64,000 nucleotides of DNA from Asterias rubens (taxonomy: Eukaryota): assembly GCF_902459465.1 (NCBI RefSeq), contig NC_047068.1:9920001-9984000 (forward strand), read 5' to 3'. Each line of letters starts with the position of its first letter. Position 1 is the stretch's first letter. Both the position numbers and the translations under genes were made by a program. The notes under the pieces were generated by a model. The model was given only the letters and a program-made list of their open reading frames with translations, searched no databases and was not told the origin of the DNA. Below are positions 53,801-64,000 of this stretch, piece by piece.

Positions 53801-55789
53801 GAGTTGTGGATGAGTTTTGTATGTAGGTTGTTCTTCTTTCTCCATGGTTAAAGGGGCATCTTGCCTTCAAATTGGGTACTTTGTTTAAAATAAAACATAA
53901 AAGTCAATTTGAAAAAAGTCAGTGTGTGCGGTCAACACCCCCCCCCCCCTTCCGCAGTTTAAAAACCCTTGGGTGAGCCTAGCCTTGTCAAAGGCTCTTT
54001 ACGCAAGCACCGGCCCGCTCTGACTTCACGAAATGCATAGATACTATACCGCACGGCACATAACAGTACTTGATACCGCGGGGTCGAAGCATGGCTTTCG
54101 AGGTATCAACGAGGTTACAAAACGAGGCCGGATCCGGTATCAAGCCCTGCTTATAATTTCAAATTTTATTCAAATTCCAGTCATAAATTGGAAGGTGTTT
54201 TTTTCATCGACTCTGCCAGGGTTGAACTGTCAGGCCATTTTTGCATTTACAACATAGGTCCCTTTAATTAGTAAGCAGTTTGCCACAGCTAATTCTAATT
54301 TTTAAATCTTCAAAGAATAGAAACTGAATAAAATACCGATAAGTTGTGAGCAATCTTCATGGTTTTGATATTGAACAAAACATGCTAGAAATTGCCTTAT
54401 TGCATACCTGTGCACAAATAAATCTGTGCAATAGTTACACTACGCCATTGTCCCTCGTTGTCGGTATGATTGACCATCAAGGTCGTTGAACTCCCTCTGT
54501 TTGTGCATCAACCAGCTCCTCCGGTACACCCAGATTAATTTTTCATCTTTCAACACCCACCGGCTAAAAACTGCAAGCAGTTAAGTCAACACTGATTTAT
54601 TTTAATATAAAACCTACAAGTATGTACATGTACAATTTTGCCATAGACATTTGCATAACTTGTAAATGATATTTTTGTGAGCCTTATGTACGAGTTGATA
54701 ATTTCCTCTATTAGCAAATTGGAGTTTGATTAAAGTGAGTTTGGAATGGCTTTTTGCAGTGTTTTTTGTAGTGTATTTTCATGGTAGTCAACAGGGCTAG
54801 TAACCCAGAATATTTAGTAGCCCTGATGTGCGTCTTGAATCAAAGCACAAATTGGTCACTGAAGAAAGTATTTCATTTTACAGCACAGTTCATTATTGTT
54901 TGAGATGTTGTTTTATGCATTATTTTTCACCAAGCCTGCCCGGGATGTCAAACTAAAACACCACTTATCATATGCTTCTAAATATTAAAAAGCAATTTCC
55001 TGAAAACCCATACAAGTTGCACTAATGACCTTATAGTTGTGAGCATGACAGAATATAAACCGCCATACACTAGGGGAAAAGATTAGTGGTGAAAGGTTGT
55101 TTTTAATGTTTTTTTTTTAGGTGGCTTCATTTTGTGTTTTGTATTATCAATTGGAACAGTTCACCGATCACTAAATCCTGTTTATTTTCTCTCTAAAACG
55201 AATTGAAGTTGGCAAGGTTTTTTTTTGCCATAAGCTAAGCCACTGGTAAGCCCGTGTCAAGGTGACTAAGATTTATCGTGGATTTAACGGCACCTTGGAA
55301 ATCTGAAGATGGTTTTAATTGAAATCATTGCCTGAAGCGATCATTCTCGAAGAGAAAAGATCTGTCAGTGATAATAAATGCTCCTTCTTTTGAGGGTTGG
55401 TTTACAAAAGGATCAGAAGTCTTGTGGTTTGTCTTAATGGAATTCCGTATAGTCAACAGGATGCATACTTGAACTCTGAAGGGTTTTGTCATCCACGGGG
55501 TTGTTTTGGTTTTTATGCCACTATTGATTCATTTCAACGGCTGTAATTAAGTTTACAATAACGAGATGAATAATTATAATTTGTAAATCAATGGAAAGCG
55601 GACTGATGAGTGTAAAATTGAATTATTTGTTGTAATGTAATTATGGCTTCTTCAGAGGGTTTAGATTTGTCAACCAGGATTGATCGACGATTATATTCTA
55701 CTAGGATCAATAAACTTAGTCCTTTGGATAATCTCAAACTTTTGCTAAGTTGATATATTTTAATAATTTTCTCCCAAAAAATTATAAAC

Positions 55790-55960
55790 TCTTTGTGGCC
55801 AAAACGCCTATTTATCCCTCATCAAATATGACATTAAACAGAGAAATATTTCAAGGGATGTTTCTGCTATCATAATCATTATCTTAGACAGTGTAAGTTT
55901 GATTTAAATGTGTGATCTTCACGATTTTGTTTCTTACCAGTTCTGTATCGTTCCTTTAAA
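55790..55960. mobile_element. Family C MITE fragment abutting the exon 3 acceptor region
   Basis: gatcttcacgattttgtttcttaccagttctgtatcgttcctttaa is the reverse complement of the 10486 left arm. Confidence 0.7.
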
Positions 55961-55997
55961 TTTAGTTTTCATACAGTACTTCTTTCTGTCCCTGCAG

Positions 55998-56224
55998 ATC
56001 CCAGCTACTTTGACGCTTACAGGGACCAGCGCTACTCCTCCTCAAACCACAGTCCGAGCTGTTACAGCGGCTGCTCCTGCTCCCCACCCTCCTCTGGGAA
56101 GGGGGTACCCTTGACCTTTGACCCTTACACTGACCTCCAGGATCTCATTCAGATGTCAGGACCGTTGACAGAAGAGGCTGTGCTGCGGGTGCTGAGACAT
56201 CGATGGCATGGCGGAGAATGTCAT
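55998..56224 (+). CDS. dachs: Dachs-like myosin coding exon 3, start of motor domain (DPSYFDAY...DLQDLIQMSGPLTEEAVLRVLRHRWHGGECH)
   Basis: Acceptor tttctgtccctgcag|, donor CAT|gtaagt, 227 nt (phase 1 to 0). The DL..(M/L).GPLTEEAVL..L..R motif is typical of the myosin head start and of Dachs in particular. Confidence 0.92.
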
Positions 56225-56256
56225 GTAAGTTGAACTTCAAAGATCCTTCTGCTTTT

Positions 56257-56395
56257 CTCCAGAAGGTGATCAGAGCATACTGATCGAAACGCCAAGTTAA
56301 AACCAATGGTTCTTTTCAGAACCACCCCAAACTAATGAAGAGATTATCATTACATGGTTTTACCACAACCCTTTACTATACCTCAAAGATTCCAT
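56257..56395 (+). mobile_element. Penelope-like terminal-repeat fragment with degenerate hammerhead-like motif
   Basis: GATCAG-AGCATA-CTGATC-GAAACG followed by AAAACCAATGGTTCTTTTCAGAACCACC, shared with 4945-5290. Confidence 0.62.
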
Positions 56396-56409
56396 CAAAG
56401 TTATAGATT

Positions 56410-56490
56410 TAAAAGAACACATGTGTCAAGACCGGGACTCAAATCCACACTCTGTTGATCACAAACACTAGAGCTTGAGTCCAGTGTGTC
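56410..56490 (-). mobile_element. SINE head fragment, reverse orientation
   Basis: Reverse complement GGACTCAAGCTCTAGTGTTTGTGATCAACAGAGTGTGGATTTGAGTCCCGG matches 37153 and 56728. Confidence 0.78.
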
Positions 56491-56499
56491 ATAGACATA

Positions 56500-56659
56500 G
56501 GCCCTTTTCGAAACCATGGCTTCAGCTTTGATTTCGGTTTGAGGCCATCGGAAGCCCTGAGCACATATACGCAAAGCACGCTCAAAATGTTAAAACAGTT
56601 GTGAAACCAATCTAGCCTGAGCTGAATCTTGAGCCGAAGTCGCGGTTTCGAAAAGGGCC
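56500..56659. mobile_element. Short MITE
   Basis: 16-bp TIR GGCCCTTTTCGAAACC / GGTTTCGAAAAGGGCC. Confidence 0.8.
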
Positions 56660-56727
56660 ATAGATTTCCATATGTGCGAAACTTACACAGTTTGAAGGTA
56701 AATTGTTTATGTTCCACTGCATGTCAA

Positions 56728-56935
56728 TAGCTGAGCAGTCAATAAAGCACTGGTAAGCTCTGGTGTTTCTGACCAGCGGAGTGTGGTTTCAAGTCCCAGT
56801 CTGGACACTTGTGTCCTCTAAGCAAGACACTTGACCATTATTGCCTCATCGTTATTGCTTTGTCCTTTGGATGGGATGTAGAGCTGAAGGTCCTGTGTGA
56901 TGTGTAATGCATGTAAAAGGACCAGTTGTACACTT
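56728..56935 (+). mobile_element. tRNA-derived SINE (same family as 37153)
   Basis: AAGCTCTGGTGTTTCTGA..GAGTGTGG..AGTCCC..GACACTTGTGTCC..AAGCAAGACACTT. Confidence 0.8.
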
Positions 56936-57060
56936 GTTGTTACAGATGCAGGACACATTTGGTAATTACTCAAAATAGTTATAGCATAAAAAGCTCCCTC
57001 TGAAGTAAGGTATTTTTTGAGAAAGAGGTAAATTCTCCCTGAAATACGTATATAATTATT

Positions 57061-57447
57061 TTATAGGCAGTGGACCCTATTGGTAATACTCAAACAATTG
57101 TTTGCATAAAAACTTACTTGGTAACAAGCAAAAGAGAGCTGTTGATAAAATAAACATTGTGAGAAACGGCTCCCTCTAAAGTGACACAGTTTTTGAGAAA
57201 GAAGTAATTTTCCACAAATTTTATTTTGAGACCTCAGAATTAGATTTTGAGGTGTCTCGAATTCAAGCATCTGAAAGCACACAACTTTGTGTGACAAGGG
57301 TGTTTTTTTCTTTCATTATTGTTTCGCAACTTCGATGACCAATTGAGCTTCAATTTTCACAGGTTTGTTATTTTATGTATAATGTTGAGATACACCAAGT
57401 GAGCTGACTGGTATTTGACAATTACCAATAGTGTCCAGTGTCTTTAA
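57061..57447 (-). mobile_element. TTAA-type MITE, family A, reverse orientation (partial related arm at about 56950-57050)
   Basis: Reverse complement of 33029-33400 with both TIRs. Confidence 0.88.
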
Positions 57448-57576
57448 CCAGCAGTTTTTTATTTGATATTCTTACTTCATTCTTGTCCCATGCTTTGTTT
57501 CCAAAACAAAACCTTAAGCCCTCCACTAAAGCTTGCTGATTGATTTATTATTCGTGTTTATATTCATACACTTCAG

Positions 57577-57743
57577 ACGAGAGTCGGTCCAGTGCTCATC
57601 AGCATCAACCCATACAGAGGAGTTCCACTTGAGCAAGCCCTTCAGCACAACCGTACCAACCAATCAGAGCAACTCCATCGGTTAGCGGCTCATGTCTTGA
57701 AGGAGCTTATAGATACGGGAGCCTCACAAACGATAATTCTTGG
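57577..57743 (+). CDS. dachs: Dachs-like myosin coding exon 4 (TRVGPVLISINPYRGVPLEQALQHNRTNQSEQLHRLAAHVLKELIDTGASQTIILG)
   Basis: Acceptor cacttcag|, donor GG|gtgagt, phase 0 to 2. Contains the myosin T..GP.LIS.NPY motif and the SQTII segment that immediately precedes the P-loop. Confidence 0.92.
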
Positions 57744-57903
57744 GTGAGTAAAGAGAGCATTGACATCTTGAAGATCAGCGTAGGTGGGAGGCTGGTCTTA
57801 AATTTGTTGTTATAAGCTTTGTTTATAAAAGACATAAACCTAGTTCATACTTTATGTTTGGGAAGCAACAAATGGTGGTCGCTGGCAGGAAGTATGAACT
57901 CTG

Positions 57904-58096
57904 GGCCCATTTTCATAGAGCTGCTTAAGCTCAAACAATAGCTCAAGACAACAAAATAGTGCTTACAAGATTAAGGTTACCAGCCAAAATATGATGTCAC
58001 TTGTACCTATTGTGACTGGCATTCTGCTCACCGTTCTGCTAAGCAGAAAACTTTTAAGAAATGTTTTCTGCTTGTACAGCTCTCTGCATTTTTGCC
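57904..58096. mobile_element. GGCCC-ended MITE
   Basis: GGCCCATTTTCATAGAGCTGCTTAAGC start; internal TTAAGGTTACCAGCCAAAA block shared with 34160. Confidence 0.78.
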
Positions 58097-58791
58097 CAGA
58101 TTTTGAAGCACACAAACATGTGATTTGGAGTGTCGTTGTACTGGCAGGTAACTCTATTGTGATAATCTTTCAAAATAACAAAAACAATTTACATTTATCA
58201 TGAAAGAGAGCAATCCACAAGTCAAACCTCTGATAATGCTACACAAATTTTCACACAAGCATCTGATTTCAGATTATTTCACACAAACAAGTGCACCTGC
58301 ATGCTGTACACACATGACAGAACCGTACTTGAAACGCAACAAAACCTTTCCAAATATTGAAACACTTAAGAGAATGTCATTGACTCTTCAACTCTGACAA
58401 CCTGCTAATCCTTTTGTCTCGTCCAGGATTATTATTTTATGTCACAGTGTGTGTATTTATGTTGAGCTTTGTCTAAATTCTTGTTCAGCTTTTCTTGATG
58501 GGTGTTTCATCAACACAGGTGATTTTCAGAAAGACGTTAAAACAAACGCCTGAAGAATGAAATTAAACAGTGTTTTTTTTTTAGTGCTCGCTTTTTTTCT
58601 TTCCCTCAAACACTTGTCATGTTTGGAGAGCACTTTTGTGCGGTCTAACCGCAGAGTAACTGAATGACTGCCAAGCTTACAGTAAAAAGACTTTGATTTT
58701 AAGATGACTCTGAAGCTTGTAAAGTTTTTACAGATTTTGGGTTAACTAATTGATTTACACTTGCAGAAAGGAAAAAAAAACAAGCATGTTC

Positions 58792-59062
58792 TTAAAGGAA
58801 CGTTATGGAATTGGTTTTGCAAACAAAACAGTTGCTGGCAGTGTAAGCACTTAATGTAAGCCACCGTAAACTGACACACCTGTAGAAGTTTGAGATCGAT
58901 TGGCAATCTGGGTCACTAGAAAATAGTGAAGAAGTGATTATACATTTTTCATAACACTGGTGCAAAAAAGGGACGTTTTCTTCAATCAGCATCATTAGAC
59001 CGTGTAAGTTTTATGTAAATCTGTGATCTTCACGATTTTGTTTTCTTAATAATTCTGTAGGT
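58792..59062. mobile_element. Family C MITE, inverted relative to 10486, internally deleted
   Basis: ttaaAGGAACGTTATGGAATTGGT start; both arms match the reverse complement of 10486-10864. Confidence 0.8.
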
Positions 59063-59703
59063 CTATATGCCCCAAGTCCTTTTCCTTGAAAATTTGAATT
59101 TCTTGCTACTAAAACAAACAACTTCAACTAGGCGTTTATGGCGGTAAACTTGTTTTTACTGTAAGGGGCTGTCCACAACAAGAAACATTTTCCAGCGGTA
59201 CAAAAAGTCAAAATCCTAAGAAAGTCAAATCCTAAGAATTTAAACCCAAGGAAATTTGCTTTTGCACCCTGCCTTTATTACTGACCCTAAAATGTCTCCC
59301 TTTTCAGTATGGTCACCTTCCAGTGGGATAAACACCCCTTTAGGATCGACTCCCCTGGGGTGGTTGCCACTTTGGGATGGATACCCCTTTCAGGTGAACA
59401 CCGCCTTCTTTTGAATGGATGTCCCCCATTAGATCATATCATCATCCTTATAGCGATGCAACCGAGATTCCCACAACCCTTAGAGAATCAATAACATTAA
59501 AAATAAATCTAGGTCAATAGACATTAATTTGTTACATAAGTTGTAGCTAAATAAAGAGTGTCTATTTTTCTTTAATGATACCAGTCGTAGTCTTTGAACG
59601 GAAATTTAGTTAATTTATCACCGTAATTAATTTAAGGGTTCCCTTTCATTAGTCCAGTTGATTTACATCACACTCTGAATTCTCAATGGCAGGTACATGT
59701 GTT

Positions 59704-59841
59704 GAGGCATGTGTACTTCGTTTTTGAAAGGCCAAAGGGCAGCATGGCATTTTCTTTTTGGTCAAGGGCACCTTATGAGGAAGGCAATGCCCAGGGGGCA
59801 TGGAGGCTATCCTTCGTTGCCTCTGTGAAGTATCAAGCCTG
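59704..59841 (-). mobile_element. CAGGCCTG-ended MITE, degenerate
   Basis: GGGGGCATGGAGGC..TTGCCTCTGTGAAGTATCAAGCCTG. Confidence 0.72.
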
Positions 59842-62590
59842 TGTATTATGGGACAATTTTATTTTAAACCACCCTTTTTTTTCTTTTTCCTAACTGATTT
59901 GACTTGTTGATGATGAATCAATATTGACTTGTGGACAGGGGCATGCAATATGCCTTTGGGGAGGTAACCTCTTAGATAGATGTGAAACAGCATAATAAAC
60001 ATAGCAATGCAGATACCATGCTGTGTGAAGGTGGGCAGGGGTGGCACTGCCAGTGTCTTATGTCAACTCTGTGACGATGAAGCTTTTGAAAAACATATCT
60101 GAGCAACCTCTTTGCTGTTTGGCAATTTATTTTGGTCCAAGAAAGTGGCAGGGATTCGGCCTGTTTATGTGGTTGTACCCTACTTTGGTTTCTTGCTACT
60201 TCAGTTATGTATTAAGCTGTGTGAATACTGCTATTCCTTTGAGACCAAACTACTACCAAGTGCTTATTTTTGCCAAACTGTTCTGTTCTTAATATTCAAG
60301 ACACATTTTTAACTTTTCAAATTTGTCATCTCATACCAAAAGAAATTCCAGTTCAAGATCAGAGTGTTTTGTAGTTAGGTCCTTTTTTAATAGCTCGCCC
60401 TCAAACTTCCTCATGCTGTTTTACAACTGTTCTACTGCAACATTTCAATGTGGTACACTGACGATGATTGTATCAGACGTCAATAGTATACCCTTCTCAA
60501 ATTGAGATTGATTTCAGGAAACATAAATTGGCTGATCGGTCCTTGCCCCTGACTTTTACATGTGTGTCGAAAAAAATCTTAAAACACCCAACAAAACATG
60601 TCTGGGGGTGAGACCACTTAACCTGTGTATAGCCGCTTCATATGGCAGTAAAAAAGCACCCCCATTAGGGACCTGGGACTAGGCAGGTGAGCTCCCACCT
60701 GGGACCTCTACACCAACAATACCCCAATTCCCTCTGTGATTTACTGATCCCTTAAACCCTTGGTGTTCAAAAGGAGTCTCACAAAGACCTTTTGTTGTCC
60801 ATGGATTGACATTCAGGATAATTGAGAGGGGAATAAAAGCTTCAGAGATTTCAGGTTTTTTTGTTGGGATGGTTTTGTTTGAGCCTGGTAATGGGTCTGG
60901 TCTGGAATGGCATCGCTTTAGGGGCAGGGGTTTGCTCTTTCATTCTTATCGCCTTTTTTTGTGTGGACATTTTTATTGAGTTTTTATTATGAAATGCTTT
61001 CTGAAGTGGATATTGTTGATATTATTGCACTGTTGCAGTTTTTTTTTAAAGGTTAGTGAAGTGTAATTTGAAAGTTGAAGGAAAGGTGTTTTTGCTTGGT
61101 TGTTTTGCTTGTTTGTTGGTTTATAAAAAGGAGAACTTTCTGGGGTTGTTTGTTGGTTAAAGGAAAAGGGTGTTTTTTCTGGGTTTTTTTCAGCAAGCTG
61201 AATATATTACGCAGGATTGGAAACTGCAGTGTATTTTAACTGTTGGGTAAACAAACAAAAAACTTGAATTACAAAAACCGCATTATTGTGCTTTAAAAGC
61301 CTGTTTGTGTTAGTTTGTAGTTTATTGGTGTTTTATTTAAGTTGGAAAAGACTATCGGAAATGTTCATTAAGCTGAAGGAACCACAAATGCCTTTATGGT
61401 AAACATTTCTTTATATTCAGATTGTCTTACAAGGACTTAGTTGTAAATTCACATAAAGTCAAATAATGTCCTTCTTTATCATTTCCTCAAAAATTCTGAT
61501 CCTTGTGATTAATTAGTCATTGAAATCCTTTGACGAGGCTATGTCCTTGTCAGATTCTTTCCAGAAAATTGATAAATGACCCTCTCGGAGATCTTAGGCC
61601 AAATGAAATCAAAAACATGTTATAGCGTCCTTTCTTTTTGAAAAAAGGAGGACTTGTTTTTTCTTTCAGACAACCAGCTGGGCTTTTTTTCACAGTTTTT
61701 TGTTGTCTGGGATCGTAAAAGTGTATCATTTTTCCCCCGGTAAAATAATGATTAAAAAGGAAGCAGGCGAGATGCTAAACATGTTTCTTATTTTGTTTGG
61801 CCTTAGAAAGTCAACAGTTCTTGCTAGTCTTTGAAACTTTTGTTACTTCATGGAAGTGTGGAAGAAAAGAGAAGTTTGATACATTTTGCAGCCCCCATCT
61901 ATGTGTTAACCATGTGTTGACACAGTGCTTAAAAGCTAAAGGTGGTTTTAACCTTTGAGTTCCTTTTTGAAAGAAACGCAAGTTTTAGAATGTGAAAAGT
62001 TGGTATCTTGCTTGAAATAACCCTGACGTGTAAAAGTATCTATGGATGACGAGTGAGATATGACTTTGTTACACACTATTGAGTTGCAACCTTGCTTCAC
62101 CATGGAGGAATAAGAACACTTTTTCCTCCATGATTGCACTGATACAATGATATGCTGATAGCATGTATTACCTGCTCACAAAGTAATGCACCCTATTTTT
62201 GACCGGATGAGGGAGCCGAATAATACAGCAGGATGAATTGCGTGTATTTGTAAGTGATAAATATACTATTGAGAGCGCCCTCACCAATCAAAAACTCGGC
62301 GCATTGAGAAAAATTGAAAAATGTTGTTTGTAAAAACTGAAAATGTAGGGATTTCTGAAGTTAATGTTATTCTATGGTCCCTTAATTCTTTGGTCTACTA
62401 AACTTATAGCCTGTAGACAAATCCAGGTGCGCAAGTGCTTGGAGCCACTGCTGCGGTGTACTTTGTGCCTAATGTTGTGCACAAAATCGTTTCCCTTTTC
62501 ACTTTTTATGGGAATTGAATGTCTTCCCTGACAATCTATGCAATTTCCCTGACATGGCTACATGATATAACGATGTACTACATTCTTGAT

Positions 62591-62948
62591 TAAGCTTGGG
62601 CGATATCACGATATTATCGAATATCGCGATATTAATTTGGACACGATTTCAATATCGGATGGATTTGGTGTTAATCGAAATATCGATATATCGCGATATC
62701 GATATATCGATTAAATATTGCGATGTATTTGCTAGCTGAGACATCTTGTACCCCATAGGTTTGGAGTAAAACCAGAAGAATAGGTCATTAGAACACCTCT
62801 CTTATGCTAGGACTGTCTCTTCTACAACTTTCACTTGGAGTTTTAAGACAGATGATGTAAAATTTCATTAATCGCGATTATATCGAATATCGCGATATAT
62901 TGTCGGTGATATATCGTGAATAAAATAAATCGATATCGCCCAAGCTTA
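62591..62948. mobile_element. hAT-like MITE with intact TIRs and 8-bp TSD
   Basis: TIR TAAGCTTGGGCGATATC / GATATCGCCCAAGCTTA; TSD TTCTTGAT at 62583-62590 and 62949-62956; subterminal ATATCG repeats. Confidence 0.92.
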
Positions 62949-63409
62949 TTCTTGATAATTTCTTTTAATTAAGCACAGAGCAAAATACTGAAATTCTGAC
63001 AAAATACTCTGCCGATGTTGACTGATATGCAGTTTCCGCGTCTTTTCTCCCCTAACTCACCTAAGACAAGCTTCGTTTTCAAAATGATTCGGTTTCTATT
63101 TAGTTGTGGTCAGTGATCTACATTAGTGTATCATGACGTACTGTTAAGGAAATTGTGTAAGTCGTTGAGGAAAACATTTAATTTCCATAAAGAGTGAAAA
63201 GGAACATGATTTCCTCATGTCTTTGTGCACAAAACTAGGCACATGTACACTGCAGCAAATGGCGCACAGTGCTCAACACCCTGTGCGCCTGGTGCACGTT
63301 GTATTGGTCTATTGTTAAAGTCTCAGTCTCAGACCATTCCCCCCCCCCCCCTAATCACAGGTTTGTCAGTCATGTGCGTCTTGAAGCAAATACAAGGTAG
63401 TGAATGATT

Positions 63410-63515
63410 TCCCATACATACATGTAGCAGAGCAAAATGCTGCACAAGTTGTTGCTACTCAAAAATCATCATTTGCCACTCAATAGTAGCATTCAATGTG
63501 CACAAAACATGGCTA
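63410..63515 (+). repeat. Dispersed repeat, homologous to 26595-26700
   Basis: Same shared block as listed for 26595-26700. Confidence 0.75.
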
Positions 63516-64000
63516 AAAAATTGCTATGCAAAATTACCGGATGAAAATCGCTTCATGCAAGGGTCTATTTGTAAAAGGTTTGGAGTACCAATAGTTGTAC
63601 ATTCTGTCAACATACATGGAGAGTCATGCATTCCTCTTTAAATTGTTTTGACTGAAATTACTTGTGGGGACTTAACAATAAATTAAAAGTTAAGTTTATT
63701 CTTTCAGGAATGTTGTTTACGTCTCTGCAGCAAATATTTTTTGGTCTGGGTACTTTGCCATGGAGACTTTGCACTCCAATGGCAGCTCATTCCTGTGGTT
63801 TGCAACCATGCATAAACCCATTCATCAAAGGGAATATTTATCCTGTTCCAAAAAACTTCCTTTTCCCCACAAACTGTTTACCCATTCTGCTTTTACTGCT
63901 TTTGTTTGTTACTCCACCAAAACCTCAATCTAACTTCAAACACTGAGTCATGAGAATTGATGGTCTTTTGTCTACGGCACAGACTGTCACAGAAAAGGGG

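Noticed and set aside
7000-62000. TEAD/Scalloped (GGAATG) feedback sites
   Set aside because: Scattered single hits with no evident clustering above chance.
57744-64000. P-loop exon (GxSGxGK) of the myosin
   Set aside because: No acceptor followed by a matching frame was found by eye; probably downstream of the window.

Overview
AT-rich, repeat-dense, intron-dominated eukaryotic DNA. The repeat families and gene content suggest an invertebrate deuterostome, most likely an echinoderm such as a sea star (inference). One protein-coding gene is supported: the 5' part of a + strand unconventional myosin most similar to Dachs. It is built from four phase-compatible coding exons (13905-13980, 39891-40064, 55998-56224, 57577-57743) separated by introns of about 25.9, 15.9 and 1.35 kb. 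The P-loop exon was not found and the gene apparently continues beyond the window. Nearly all supplied ORFs are spurious or TE-derived, except the L2/CR1-type LINE RT tail at 4018-4743. The rest is a mosaic of MITEs (TTAA-flanked Kolobok/T2-like, CWG-flanked Harbinger-like, an hAT-like copy with an 8-bp TSD), tRNA-derived SINEs, Penelope-like repeat fragments and a 28-bp minisatellite. The most interesting non-gene signals are decayed minimal hammerhead-ribozyme motifs in the Penelope-like fragments, a palindromic MITE carrying two CTCF-like motifs just behind the start-codon exon, and a duplicated cluster of Otx/K50 homeodomain sites in intron 1. No prokaryote-type system (CRISPR, operon) is present. 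Repeat boundaries were set by eye and are approximate.
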